The position numbers and the translations under genes were made by a program. The notes beneath the pieces are model-generated. The model saw only the letters and a list, made by a program, of their open reading frames with translations. It had not been told where the DNA came from and ran no database searches. Below are positions 14,965-30,318 of a DNA stretch of 64,000 bases, in pieces (the stretch's first letter is position 1; each line of letters opens with the position of its first letter). Source of the stretch: Eledone cirrhosa. Its lineage: Eukaryota. The DNA lies in contig OZ024743.1 in NCBI GenBank assembly GCA_964016885.1, positions 365,490,001 to 365,554,000 of the forward strand, read 5' to 3'.

Positions 14965-15570
14965 CCACCGAAGCCAGGTTTACACCCTACCCTTCTATGA
15001 TGTATCGCATGAGGTTGAGGTTGTCGTGTATGGACCTGGTCGGGATTGCGCAAGTTTGCGTCTCGCCAACCAAATCCTCGACAACAAGCGCCAACCCCTT
15101 CGCCTTAGCCAAAATCTTAAACTCTGTGTTGAGTAGAGTTACGGGCCTGAAATTATCTAAAGTATCCCTCTTGTTCTCGTCTTTCCTCATCAGCGTCACT
15201 TCGCCCCAGCTCACAGAACTGGGAATACTCCCGTTCTGCTGCCAGTTGCAGTAAAGCACTTCGAGGAGATCGGAGAACAAGTCTGGCATATCTACATAAA
15301 GCTCGTAGGGAAGACCATCCAAACCGGGTGACTTGCGCCTCACACAGCTGACTAGAGCATCCCGAATCTCGGCCGAAGTTATCGGCCTTTCGCAGCGCCC
15401 AGCGTCGACCGTTGAAAGACGCGACAGGCCGTCGAGGTAGGGACTGAAATTAACTACCGTCTCCGACCCGCCGCTTCCCACGAACAGCCGAGCAAAGTGC
15501 TGGAGAAAGGCCTCACACATCTGCTTAGAATCGTTCAGCTCGCGTCCGTTTCGGTCCGTCAAAGACCAAA
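14965..15570 (-). pseudogene. Tx1/L1-clade LINE RT N-terminal fragment
   Basis: KSPGLDGLPYELY, NFRPVTLLNTEFKILAK, QTCAIPTRSIHDNL; same family as 52140-52680. Confidence 0.85.
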
Positions 15571-15739
15571 AGCCTATTTGAGTCTTTTATACTGGGTGTT
15601 CCCACCTCGTTGTGGAAGCTCTCCCTAATTATTTTATAATTGTCTAATTGCATCCGCTCCAGCAAAATTGTTTGTGGCACTTTCAAGGTGTAGGTGCTGA
15701 ATGCCTCCCCCTCTTTCTCTATTTCCTTCCTTTGTGTTA

Positions 15740-15872
15740 TGGCTCTTTACGTTCTGAGTTCAAATCCCGCCGAGGTTAAATTTGCCTTTCATCCTTACGA
15801 GGTTGATAAAATAAAGCACCAGTAATGCATTGGGTAATTGCTGGCCTTGTGCCAAAAGTAGAAATAATTATT
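15740..15872 (+). mobile_element. 5'-truncated tRNA-derived SINE
   Basis: GAGTTCAAATCCCGCCGAGGTTAAATTTGCCTTTCATCC..GGCCTTGTGCCAAAAGTAGAA. Confidence 0.8.
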
Positions 15873-16150
15873 GTAAAAGATCTAAGTAACAAAGTATTGA
15901 TTGATATGAGTATTCTATGTGCTCACAATATTGCGGCAAATGAATTTGACAAGCTCAGAAATATATAGATTTGCTCATTGAATTGGAAAAATGTGGCATA
16001 TAAAGGTGGTTATAGCACCAGTGATTATAGGGGCACTAGGAATGATAAAAAAAAGGAACAACAAAAATCATCCTTGGCTTACTATTACTTCAAGAAGTGC
16101 CAAAATGTTTTTTAATTGATACGGCTCACGTATTGAAAAGAGCACTATCA
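15873..16150 (+). pseudogene. Degenerate RLE-domain 3' fragment of an R4/Dong-like retrotransposon
   Basis: Across frameshifts reads LIDMSI..NIAANEFDKL..DLLIELEK MWHIKVVIAPVIIGALGMIK. Confidence 0.6.
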
Positions 16151-17669
16151 TCGACAGAAAGATAATCATCTATGTAATTTTGTTTTTACATAACTTTGTT
16201 AAATTATATTCCATAATTATGTAAGTTGTGAATAATTGAGTACTCTTATATGATTGAATATCATTCTGTTGTAAATATGATTTTAAACAGATAATGTTCA
16301 CATGTATAAAGCAAATGATATAGTTGTAACTGTAAAGTGCGTGACCTGAACAATCTGCTGTGTCTATCTGGCTTATCAATGTATTCAGTGAGTTTCTCTG
16401 ATCTAGGTGTCGGGAACACACTCGGCAAGAAATGGAAAAAAAACTAAAGGAAGAGGAAAAACTAAAGGAAGAGGCAAACAATAATAGTAATAACAGCAAA
16501 AACAAACAAAAATAAGAACAGGCAGAAGCATTATCATAAACAGTAACTATAACAGAATCGCCAGACAATGGTTAACGACAATTCAATACTTCTATGACTA
16601 ATTGGATGTAAGTCCCCACCATCACCAGACCACTTCCTATCACCATCGATCTCGCCACCACATACATCAACAATAACACGAACATGAATTTAAATACTAC
16701 AATTGTTAAGACATTGTAACAAATTAGATCAATCCACTTCCTCTGCCTCTTGGCTTAGAATCAACGTATCACATCTGGTGAGTATAAACAATAAATAGAT
16801 CATTGAATAAATACTTGCGTATCTTAGCCAGATGGTGCATAATATTGTATAATAAAGCCATAGTGATGGACATGACAATAGACGGCAGACACATTATTTA
16901 GAAACAACCATTTTCCTTTAAAAAGAAAGAAAAAGAGATTAAAATAAAATATAAAAGCTTATTTAAAGACAAATTTGTTTCAGCCCAGAAATAGGTAGTG
17001 TATATCTGGAAAAGATTTCTGTTTTAGACGTGTATGCGTGTGTGTTTAGTATATATAAATATATATTACCTCGCCGAACCTGAAATCGGTTAAAAGTTAA
17101 CTGGAAAAGTGCTTGTAAATTTACTAGGCTGTGATATTTCGATGTGCCCGGAATTGCACGCTTTCATTTTTGATTAAATGCGTGAGTCAATTCAAAATGT
17201 TCTATTGATTTGTTGTAACAAACTGTAAAATGTAATACTATTTATTTTTAGTGATGCTGTAAGAAGTAACTAGTTTGCTTATTCAAAACTACTAGAATAT
17301 GTTGATAAATATATATAACTCAACACATGATAAAGAACATCTAAATTTGTCACTTATTCAGGTGGTGAAAAATGAAACTTCGCTTTGCATGGTCCATAGC
17401 ATTATAAAAAGCATATAAATGAATGAATAAATAAATAAATAACTAGATAATTGAATAAATAAAATAGACTCAAACTGATTAATGTGATATAGAAATTTGC
17501 TTGTCAGTCTCCTGGTGTTCTTGATCATTTAAATGCATCAAATTTCATTAAATGGATTATTAAACAATTTAAAAAGAATAATGGTATCTAGTTATTTTTA
17601 ATGACGCAGCCTACGGTGCATACACATACATTTAGGAACACGCACGCACGCGCACACACACACACACAC

Positions 17670-17747
<78 letters not shown>

Positions 17748-18036
17748 ACTCTCTCTCTCTCACACACGCACACACATAGACACACACATACATATATATA
17801 TGAGAAGGTAATACGTTTCCTTTTATGTTGGTTAATGCGTATTCGGGTGGATTGAATATGCAAATAAAAGGAAATAAACAGCTTACCAGACAGTTCTTCT
17901 CAACGTGTTTGATGTTGAATCTTCGAGTATGGTACAAGGTTCCAAGTATTCGGGTAGTAATTTAGTATAAATAGAGTTTTAGAAAACACTAGGCGAGAAA
18001 AGAGGAATGATTTCAAGAAAGATTTATTACATTATA

Positions 18037-18161
18037 TTATCTAACACGTGTTTCATTACTGCTATAAAATCATGTACGGGAGCTGAAGAAGAGTTTTTTG
18101 TTTGTTTTTTTTTATTTCGTTATTCACTCACTGTCTGTGTTCAGCAAATCATCAGAGATAA
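18037..18161 (-). ncRNA. Hammerhead ribozyme motif with long stem II
   Basis: Minus strand TTATCT-CTGATGA-(long insert)-GAAA-CACGTG-TT-AGATAA; palindromic stem III. Confidence 0.55.
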
Positions 18162-18367
18162 ATGAAATAATTGAAGATAATATATAATTACAAATATATT
18201 TCAGGTATATTTGCGTAAAAAGGGAAGGGAGGAAGTGTAGTGAATAACAGCCAACGGGATGTTAGTATCCATGATGTTGCCGGGGTTAGAAATGTCATTG
18301 GTTGAAAGCGATTTTTTTATATAGTTCAAAGAAGACCAGTTTAGGAGATATATATATATATATATAT

Positions 18368-18439
<72 letters not shown>

Positions 18440-18672
18440 GGTTACAACAGTTGGTTCACCATACCGAGAACAATTGTTTCACCTTAGCGGATCTTTAGCT
18501 CGTAATGGACATGGTTATACGGAACAGGAAGGACAACCGTACGAACGCGCATGCGCAGAAACCGGTCACTTCACACAGGCAATACTAAAATGCGTGCGAG
18601 AGGTGTAAGGGAGATAACTGCGAAAGTCCGAAAACTTTTTAGTTGATAAGAAAATTATGATGTTGTAATGAT

Positions 18673-19230
18673 TCAATCCGGAGCTTTGTAGTTATGCAAG
18701 AGGTCTTTCGAGACGTGTGGAGAACGTGTGAAGAATTCATTTCTCGTGTTTAGGCAATCACTATTGCATAATCTCTTTAGAATATTTATTCGTTCATCAA
18801 TACATAGTCCACACGACGGATTTCCTCTTGCGTATGGCTTGGACTTAGTGATGGCTTTCCATTGAATGGAGTAGTCTATACCTGAGTCCTTGAGGGACCG
18901 TACGTGGCTCGCGAGTTTCGTGGATGAACGTCTGTTCGGGTACCTAAAGGTCGACTGGTGGTTCAGGAAACGTTCCTTAAATCGGCCCTCCGCCATGCCC
19001 ACATAGGATTTGACCTCCTGTGGTTGGTTTGGTCGGTTGGAAGTGATCACAGCTTCATAAATTACAGCGGGTGTGTTGCATTGCTGTTGAAGGGGACAGG
19101 CTTCGGGCTTACGGGAAGAGCACCCTGGTGGGGTGTTGCTCCTAGGGCTGCTGGTGATGTGGGCCTCCATGTTCTTAGCGCAGGAGTATCCTAGTTTTAC
19201 TTTGTGTCGGTTAAAGATGGAGCGGTATTT
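18673..19230 (-). pseudogene. Penelope-like (Naiad-like) GIY-YIG domain, 5'-truncated at a (TA)n tract
   Basis: IFNRHKVKLGYSC..CPLQQQC..VIYEA..SYVGMAEGRFKERFLNH..CGLCIDER..LNTRNEFF. Confidence 0.85.
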
Positions 19231-19291
19231 ATATATATATATAAACAAAATTAACTCGAATATCGAGTTTTGAAACGCGAGTGTATTAGAG

Positions 19292-19892
19292 TTCGTAGGA
19301 AAATAGAAAACCTCGGCGTTAAAGAAGCTGTTAAAATAGCAAAATGCCATCGAAGCGGCGTTAGGTAAATCATTACCCCGAGGACAGAAATCAGCGCCTC
19401 GATGTGAGTTGACTCGAAGAAATGATAGGAAAGACACTGCTACTTTCTTTTCTTTCTCTCCCACTTTTGCCTTCTTTCTTCCTCTCTCCTTTCTACAGGC
19501 CAGTTCCGCTTACAGTGCCATTGCCCTTCCTTTCTCGTGATGACTTGAGGCCGAGTGAACGCGCTTCATTTTTCTCTCTCTAACCTGTCCCAACTCAAGC
19601 AGTATACCAATGAAGATATTTATTTATTCGTTGCTACGAGCCACCTATTCTTCGTAGTAATTTGAGGTAAATCGTTGAAACTGCAGATGCTCTGAAATCT
19701 GATAGGCGTATTTTAATGTTTGTGATCTCTTCTCATCCATTCTATTTGTTCCTTCCTATCAATTCTGCGAGTCAACTCACTTCCAGCCGCTGATTTCTGT
19801 CCTTCGAGGTAATGTTTTACCCAGCGCCGCTTCGACGGTATTTTGCTGTTTTAACAGCTTCCTTACGCCGAGTTTTTCCATTTTCCTACGAA
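19292..19892. repeat. Fold-back element with ~140-bp diverged inverted arms (19292-19433 / 19752-19892)
   Basis: TTCGTAGGAAAAT..GAAGCTGTTAAAA..CGAAGCGGCG..GAGTTGACTCG..GATAGGAAG matches its reverse complement; decayed hammerhead-like segment at ~19610-19692. Confidence 0.7.
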
Positions 19893-19998
19893 TATATATA
19901 TATACATACATGTAAAGTTATATTTAAAATTGTTGGGTTACAACTAGTAAATATTTATAACTGATATAAAAGCACTCGACAAATATTTGGAGTATATT

Positions 19999-20384
19999 TA
20001 CAATATTAAATAAATGGAAAACTATATTTATAAAACCATATCTATTTCATTATATATATTTCGGGGATATCATATTAACAATATGTTATGCCTTCATCAG
20101 ACAAAATACAATATAAACAGTTTTATAGATAAATATATTCGACATACCGTAATAAACATCAACTTCATTTGAAGAGGTTTACTCTAGCAGTACTGCTAGA
20201 GTAAACCTCTTCAAATGAAGTTGATGTTTATTACGGTATGTCGAATATATTTATCTATAAAACTGTTTATATTGTATTTTGTCTGATGAAGGCATAACAT
20301 ATTGTTAATATGATATCCCCGAAATATATATAATGAAATAGATATGGTTTTATAAATATAGTTTTCCATTTATTTAATATTGTA
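19999..20384. repeat. 386-bp perfect palindrome with no loop; each arm carries a hammerhead-like motif
   Basis: Centre CTAGCAGT|ACTGCTAG at 20191/20192; arms read complementary to both ends. Confidence 0.9.
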
Positions 20385-20565
20385 TATATACATACATATA
20401 TGTTTATTAAAATAACAGATTAAAGTTTAATAAACTTCTATAAATATTTGCTCTACGGTTCTTATTTATTATTTGATATATATTTATCCTTATCGAGCCC
20501 TCTTTGGATTTTAGTCTTCAAATTTATTATTATTACTATACATACACACATATATATATATAAAT

Positions 20566-20661
<96 letters not shown>

Positions 20662-20685
20662 GAAATAGGATTTCGCTTCAAGCAT

Positions 20686-20726
20686 AGCTTTATGCATTTC
20701 AGGCTTAACTGGCCTTCGTCAGGACG
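20686..20726 (-). ncRNA. Hammerhead-like motif (weak stem I)
   Basis: Minus strand CTGACGA-AGGC/CAGTTAA/GCCT-GAAA-TGCA-TA. Confidence 0.45.
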
Positions 20727-20959
20727 GTCCCTCCCACTGCTTACGACTGCTGGACGAGAAGATAGCCGAGAAAATATACTTTTCTTGTCTGTGTAAATGA
20801 GGTGATTAATCTCATTTGCATATGAAGCTGCATTAGTTGGCTCAACTTATAATAAAAATGAAATAGGATTTCGCGTCAAGCATAGCTTTATACAATATGT
20901 ATAAATATTTCGTATCTCCAAGGAAATACGGTTTTAGGAAGCCGTAGCTATGCAAACAC

Positions 20960-21004
<45 letters not shown>

Positions 21005-21567
21005 GTGTGTATGTAGGTATATATATATCTTTGTATGCTTGTCTTTGTGTACATGTACGCGTTCGTGTGCGACTGGAGAAAATTTCATTGTAATATTTAA
21101 GAGGGAATCCAGCAATCAAAAGTACATCACCATCTATCATTTAAATGGTAGCTATAGAAATATGACCTTTGGTATCAGTGTGGATGCCTTCAGTTGTGTA
21201 CCAATTAACTCATCATCATCCTACATATGACATGTCTTTTGGTTTCACTACAATATTTTACATACACCTTGCAGTGAGGGACATTCTCTTCACCAGAGAT
21301 CGACTAAAGATCTCTACGATTTCAGATCCTTCTGACAGTATTGCTTCTTCCAGTATTGCCAAGTCACATTGATAGTGCCAGGGAATATCTAAATTTTATG
21401 TTTCAGTTTGTAGAATGATGTTCTATGTGGTCTATGCCACTATCACCAGAATCGTGATGCTGTTGGAACCACTCCCACAGTTTAGATATTATTATATTTG
21501 CTCCATCCTGTTTTATACCATACATACACACATACATACATATATATATATATGTATATATATATAT

Positions 21568-21813
<246 letters not shown>

Positions 21814-22192
21814 AGAGGTTTACCACTTGATAGAACTGGTCATTCCGTATAGTTAACCAAGATATAATAGTAGGGAAAGCAATGAACGCGGGTACGGAGT
21901 TAATTATTGGTTTCATTAAAATAGCAGGAGGCCGAACTGGTCAAGTTCCGTTAAAGTTGTATTGCTGCAAAAACAATATATATATTTCAATGACCAGCTT
22001 ACGTACGATCCTGGTGACATCACCAGGTTCATATTGCATAATTAGTTACCCAATAAAGGAATTACGGTAAACACAAACAGAGAAAATATAAGCAGAGAAA
22101 ATAGAGAAAATATTTGATTCGGAGATGGCCTACGTAGTAAGTGTTATTGTTGCCACAAACCATCTCCGAATTTTTTTGCAACAATAAAACTT

Positions 22193-22350
22193 ATATATTG
22201 TCAAAGTTCTTTCGTCACACATTCTGTGACCTCTTCAGTGACTGGGGATTCTTTTCTTTGTTTTTGTGCCTCTCCTTTGTTCTGTCTGTTTGAATCCCCA
22301 GTCACTGAAGAGGTCACAGAATGTGTGACGAAAAAACTTTGACAATATAT
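22193..22350. repeat. Fold-back element; each arm carries a hammerhead motif
   Basis: GTCA-CTGAAGA-G-GTCACA/GAATG/TGTGAC-GAAA..TT-TGAC at 22301-22343, mirrored at ~22200-22243. Confidence 0.7.
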
Positions 22351-22614
22351 GAACAATCGTCCGGTTGTGGAACAAACCAACCGGAAATTTATAAATTCTT
22401 AAATTTATAAATTTAATTTATAATAAATTGAAGTGAAAGCAACTGGTGCGTGTGTTTCTTATTGGCAACATGACCCTCCCAAAGTATAACAATATCGGTT
22501 TCAACACACATTTTCAGATAAAGAATCTTGCTAAGCAAATTCAGAAACGAAATATATATATATTCCCTTCATACCCCCCCCCCATACACACACAAATGTA
22601 TATATATATATATT

Positions 22615-22742
<128 letters not shown>

Positions 22743-22993
22743 GGGTATGACATTAAACTACATCCAGTGGCAAGGCTCCAGTTCGGGAGTTCAGGAGATG
22801 TGGGGAATGTGGAGTTACCCCTTAGTTGTCATGACTCCCAGGTCTACCCTGGCCCAGGGTGGTAGTACCTGTTTGGGCTCCATTTATGGGTTAAATAACT
22901 ACCTTATTCGAGTGGCGCCGGTAAGGTATTGTCAGCCATTGAAAAGAAATATGGAGAGTCGATCTAACAGCACTAGGGTTAGAGCCTCTAATT

Positions 22994-23080
<87 letters not shown>

Positions 23081-23304
23081 AATATATATATATATATATA
23101 CATTTGTGGAGGGGGGGGGGTATGAAGGCATATATGATATATTTATGTATAATAGCCTAATAGCCATAGAAGAGACTTGCTATGAAGGTTGCTAAGCTGT
23201 AATCATATCACAACTATCTTAGTAACCGGGTGAGAAATGTGTAGAATGCATCGGGTAAATTTCTCTCCCCCCTCTCTCTCCCACGATAAATATATGAATG
23301 CGTG

Positions 23305-23368
<64 letters not shown>

Positions 23369-23489
23369 AATATGCATGTATGAATAAAATAATTCATATA
23401 TGCATACATGTCTGTATAAATTTATATATATTGATTACATATTAAGATCTTTGGGAGAGGGTTCCAACACAGAGGGTTCCAACATGTAC

Positions 23490-24580
23490 TCAGAGTACAG
23501 TGAAGCCCAGCCAGAGTCAATAGTCGCGTTCCACAAGGCACTGAGTTGGCCCCTCTTCTTTTCATTATCTATATAAATGACGTTACTGACGTCATCAAGC
23601 ACAGCAACATAAAAATCTTTGCAGATGATTCTAAGCTCCAGAAGGTTATCAATGACCAGAATGTTATCAATGGAGTGGGTGACCAGTCATGCCTTCAATC
23701 AGATCTACTGGCTGTTATCCAATGGGTGGGAAAAAAGCAGTATGCTGCTGAATGAGGATAAAATTTGAATTAATCTACATTGGAAATGAGGATTCACTGA
23801 AACTCTCATATTCCCTTCCTTCAGGTGAAACACTCATGGTATCCAGCAACATCTTGGGAGACTTGGGAGTAATTGTTGATAACAACATAAGCTGGGTCAC
23901 TCATATAAACAGCAAAATTGACATGGCCTGCAGAATGTGTTCTTGGATTCTCAGAACTATCCAGTCGAGAGATATCCACACTATTACCTTTCTCTTATCT
24001 ACTTTTGCCCGACCCCAACTTGAATACTATTGTCTACTCTGGTCTCCCCACACGAAACAAAGTATTATGAAAATTGAAGCACCTCGAAGTTCAATCACAA
24101 AAAATAGAATGCATGACAGGCCTTGACTATTGGGGTCGACTAGAAAAGCTCAAACTCTATTCTCTCCAACGCCACCGTGAGTGCTACATTATCTGTACGA
24201 TATGGAAGATATTACATCAACATTTCCCATTTGATGTAAGCTTCATCTTTAAAGTACACCTAAGGTTTGGGCCCCGTGCTATCCGCCCACAACAAAAATA
24301 AAACACGCATTTCATAACAAGTTTACGGCATAATTATTTCGCCTTAACTTGTTCCGCTCTCTTTAACATTATACCAAAACACATTAAAATAAAAACAGAC
24401 CCCATAAAATTCAAAAGGTCTTTGACCAAATTCCTCCAAGAAATCCCGGATAAAACTCCTACTCCCGGATATGTTTCCGTAAACAATAACTCTTTATTTG
24501 AGTGGGCCATGTGGTGCTATTAAGTTAGACATGGCATGGGCCAATACTGACCTAAAACTATGAAAGTTATCAAAGTTATT
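23490..24580 (+). pseudogene. CR1-group LINE 3' portion (RT), frameshifted
   Basis: VPQGTELAPLLFIIYIND..KIFADDSKL, DLGVIVD, RPQLEY, LKLYSLQRHRE; tail AAAGTTATCAAAGTTAT. Confidence 0.85.
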
Positions 24581-24594
24581 ATATATATATATAT

Positions 24595-24707
24595 GAAAAA
24601 GGGAAAAGAATGACTTCACTTGTAGTTCTAAACAATTTGATTTAATTTTATAAAATTATATCAAATTGTTTAGAACTACAAGTGAAGTCATTCTTTTCCT
24701 TTTTTCA
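24595..24707. repeat. ~110-bp near-perfect palindrome
   Basis: GGAAAAGAATGACTTCACTTGTAGTTCTAAACAATTTGAT..ATCAAATTGTTTAGAACTACAAGTGAAGTCATTCTTTTCC. Confidence 0.85.
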
Positions 24708-24741
24708 AATATACCAAGTGTACCAAATATATCACACATTT

Positions 24742-24800
<59 letters not shown>

Positions 24801-24882
24801 AAAATTGAACGGGAACAAAACAGAGAGGCAGTACGAACAAAGGTTTACTAATTTCACGCTCTTGAGAGTGGGGTGGTGGTGG

Positions 24883-24981
<99 letters not shown>

Positions 24982-24997
24982 TATGTATGTGTGTACG

Positions 24998-26308
<1,311 letters not shown>

Positions 26309-26451
26309 ATATATGCACATACATACATACATCCATCCATACATACATACATCCATCCATACATACATAGATACATACATACATCCATCCATACATACAT
26401 ACATACATACATACATACATACATACATACATACATACATACATACATACA

Positions 26452-26491
26452 TGATGGCTGCCCCCTCGTTATCGAGTATGGCCATTGCACA

Positions 26492-26589
<98 letters not shown>

Positions 26590-26668
26590 GCAATAATAAT
26601 AATAACGACAACAACAATAATAATATACATATTCATATATATATACACACACACGCACGCACATAAGC

Positions 26669-26708
<40 letters not shown>

Positions 26709-29700
26709 GATAGCAACTAACAGTGCTGCGATCGAATGTGGCTTTTTAGCCCAGCCAATGATCCAAAATGTCTTGCACAGAGTCGGCAACCAAAACATTT
26801 ACTGGGAATAGTCGGCTGTGGTTGGAGTTCGTGTACTTTTGCATGTCGCTTGAGTCCTCCTGCTGATTTACATTCTCTACCACATGTTTGGCAAGCATGA
26901 TGAGTAGCATCTCCAACAGCAGCCTGGTAGTCAACCACTGGTCTTACTTTATGACTGCGAAGATGACTTTCGAGTCCAGCTTTGCTTAGGCAGAGTCTCG
27001 CACAGACGCTGCATGTCAGAAACATAGGAGGACCCTCGCCGTCTGGAAGTGCAACAGCAATACCCTTCCTCACGTCCCGCTTTACTTTCTCGTGTGCGAT
27101 TCGAGATGCCTCAAAGGCAACTTTTCCCTCATATACAGTCTTTCTCCATTTATTACGATCAGCAGCAATATTTTCCCATGTATCAGCAGAGATGTTAGCG
27201 TCTTTCAGAGAGGCCTTCAAGGAATCCTTATACCTCTTTTTTGGTTTATGTGGCGGTCGTTTTCCTTTAACCAACTCTCCATAGAAGAGTTGTTTTGGTA
27301 TTCTAGAATCCTTCATCCTGGCAAGGTGACCACTCCAACGGAGTCGCTGCTTAAGCACAAGAGCTTCTATACTGTCACACATAGAGCTTTCCAAAATCTC
27401 GACATCACTGATGTGGTCCCTCCAGCGAACGCCATGTATCCGTCTGAGACACATCTGATGGAAACGCTCCAATTGCTTAAGGTGGCGTCGATATGTGACC
27501 CAGGTCTCGCAGGCATAAAGAAGACAAGAGAGTACACATGCCCTGTACACCCTTACCTTTGTCCTCCTGCATATGTCTCGCCGACCCCAGAGTCGCCTTT
27601 CTAGCTTTCCGAAAGCATCACTTGCTTTCCTAATCCTAAGTGAGATTTCACTGTCAAGGTTGCCGTATCGATTGACAGTGCTTCCCAGGTAGACAAACTG
27701 ATCAACCACTCCAAGTCGTCTGCCATACACATAGATGTTTGGTTCAGTGTACTGCCTACCAGGTGCAGGTTGGTACATGACGACGGTTTTCTTGAGACTG
27801 ACAGTCAAACCCAGGGCAGTGCAAGCGTCAGAAAATACATTCAAAATGTGCTGCATATCACTCTCTGTGTGCGCTACAAGATCGCAATCATCTGCATACA
27901 AGAGGTCTCTTATGACTGATGTAAATACTTTTGTCTTCGCAGCAAAGCGCCTGATGTTAAATATGCTGCCTGAGGTTCGATATCGGATGTAAACACCATG
28001 CTCGCAATTCCTGAATGCAATACAGAAAACCATTGCAAAGTATATGGCAAACAGGGTCGGTGCTGGAATATCCCCCTGTTTCACTCCATTTTTTACTGAG
28101 ATAGGCTCCGACATGTTACCTCCGACATTAACCCAAGCCTTCATGTCGTCATGGAAAGACCTAACTAAAGCAAGGAACTTATCAGGGCAACCAAGTTTCT
28201 GGAGAACCTTCCATAATGCATCTCTGTTGACAGTATCGAAAGCCTTTGTCAGATCGACAAAAACCTGATACAGATCCAAGCCCTGTTCAATGCACTTCTC
28301 CTGGAGCTGTCTAGCTGAGAAGATCATATCAGTAGTGCCGCGTCCAACACGAAAACCAGATTGACTTTCAGGAAGGACACAATCTGCAATGTGTGTCAGC
28401 AGACGGTCCAGAAGCACCCTACATAAAACTTTCCCCACGACAGAAAGCAATGATATACCTCTGTAGTTCCCACAATCATTCCTGTTACCCTTTCCCTTGT
28501 ACAAGACCACCATTACTGCATCTCTCCAGTCCTCAGGCACGGATTCATTAGCCCATATCCCTCCAAACAGAGAGTGAAGATGTTGCAGGAGTCTCTCACC
28601 ACCATATTGTAGGAGCTCAGCATGTATGCCATCCATACCTGGAGATCTTCCACTGTTCAGCTTCGAAATAGCCACTGCAACCTCCACAAGTGTCGGAGGC
28701 TCTGCGAGAGCTACTTTCACAGGACTTTCCGGAATGAGATTGAGGAAATCTTCACTGACGACAGACGGCTGATTCAAAAGATCATCAAAGTGCTCCCGCC
28801 ACCTTCGTAGAATTCCCTGTGAGTCACGAAGAAGTTCCTTGCCATCCTTGCTGCGAATCGGTGTCACCAGAGAAGAAGACGGTCCATAAACCTCACGCAA
28901 GAGACTGTACAACAGCTTTGTGTTATTGCAATCAGACGCAGTTTGTATCTCACCAGCCTTCTCACTCCACCACTGATCCTTCATCTGAGAAAGACTCCGC
29001 CTAACACGTGATTTTACATCCCTGAGCTCCTCATGCAACGTATTCCTCTCCTGTGGTCTTGCCGTCAAGTAGCGTGACAGAGCGCGCCTCTTATCAGCCA
29101 ACAAGTCATCTATATGCACATCTTTCTCATTAAACCAGTCCTGATGTTTTCTCTGCACCAATCCCAGAACACGTCTGCCTACATCATAAACCGACTTTTT
29201 AAGGGTCGGCCAATCCTCACCAAGATCTGCAGCCTGCATCTCTTCTTCCAATGTCCTCTTCACATTTTTATCCTTAAGACGAGCAGCATTCAATCTTTTG
29301 GGCAGGGTAACACCAGGAGCCCGGATTTTACGTTTGGTGATTAGATTCACTTTTGCGCGTACCAGGCGGTGGTCCGTCCAGCACTCAGCTCCACGAAGAA
29401 CACGAACACACCGCACATCCTGTCTGTCACGCATCCTGACTAGGACGTAGTCCAAAAGATGCCATTCCTTAGATGCAGGATGCATCCATGTGGTCTTGAA
29501 TTTGTTCTTTTGTTGGAACATGGTGTTGGTAACACACAGATCCAGCTCCTCACACATCTGCAGCAAGAGCATACCATTGCTGTTACACTTTCCCACCCCA
29601 TGCCTTCCGATTACATTCCATGTGTTAAAATCCCTACCCACTCTAGCATTAAAGTCACCAAGCACGATGACTTTGTCTGCCTGAGGGATATTTCTTAAAA

Positions 29701-30271
29701 CACCTTTCAAGGCATGGTAAAAGGACAGTTTTTCTTCATCGACAGAATTCATAGTTGGAGCATACACACTCACCAGGGTAGCATATCTTCCCTTGTCCAG
29801 CGGAACTCTCATGGACATAAGACGCTCACTAATCCCCACTGGGAATTCTTCCAATTTATTCACCAGTACAGTCTTAACAGCAAATCCCACCCCAGCCTCT
29901 CTTCTGGTTCCTTCATCTCTTCCTTTCCAGAAGAATGTATATTCTCCACAAAATTCCGTAAGATGACCATCTCCAGCTAACCTCGTCTCAGACAAAGCCA
30001 CGATGTCAAGATCGTAACGTCGAAGCTCCTTCGCAACAAGAGCGGTCCTTCGTTCAGGACGCTCCAAAGAATCCCTGTCAAGCAGCGTCCGTACGTTCCA
30101 GCAGCCAAGACTAAATGCCCTGTTTGGCTCTATTACAATGGCACGATGACGGGCGGGCCCAGGTTGTGATAACTTGGGGCCCCTGCCCTTATTGCCAATG
30201 ATCTTTTTTGTTCCAGAACCCAAATTGGCAATTATCTCGTTTACATTGTTCTGGAACATCATTGAATTGGG

Positions 30272-30318
<47 letters not shown>

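Noticed and set aside
21060-21510. Possible decayed L2/CR1 fragment on the minus strand
   Set aside because: Too degenerate to support without a profile search
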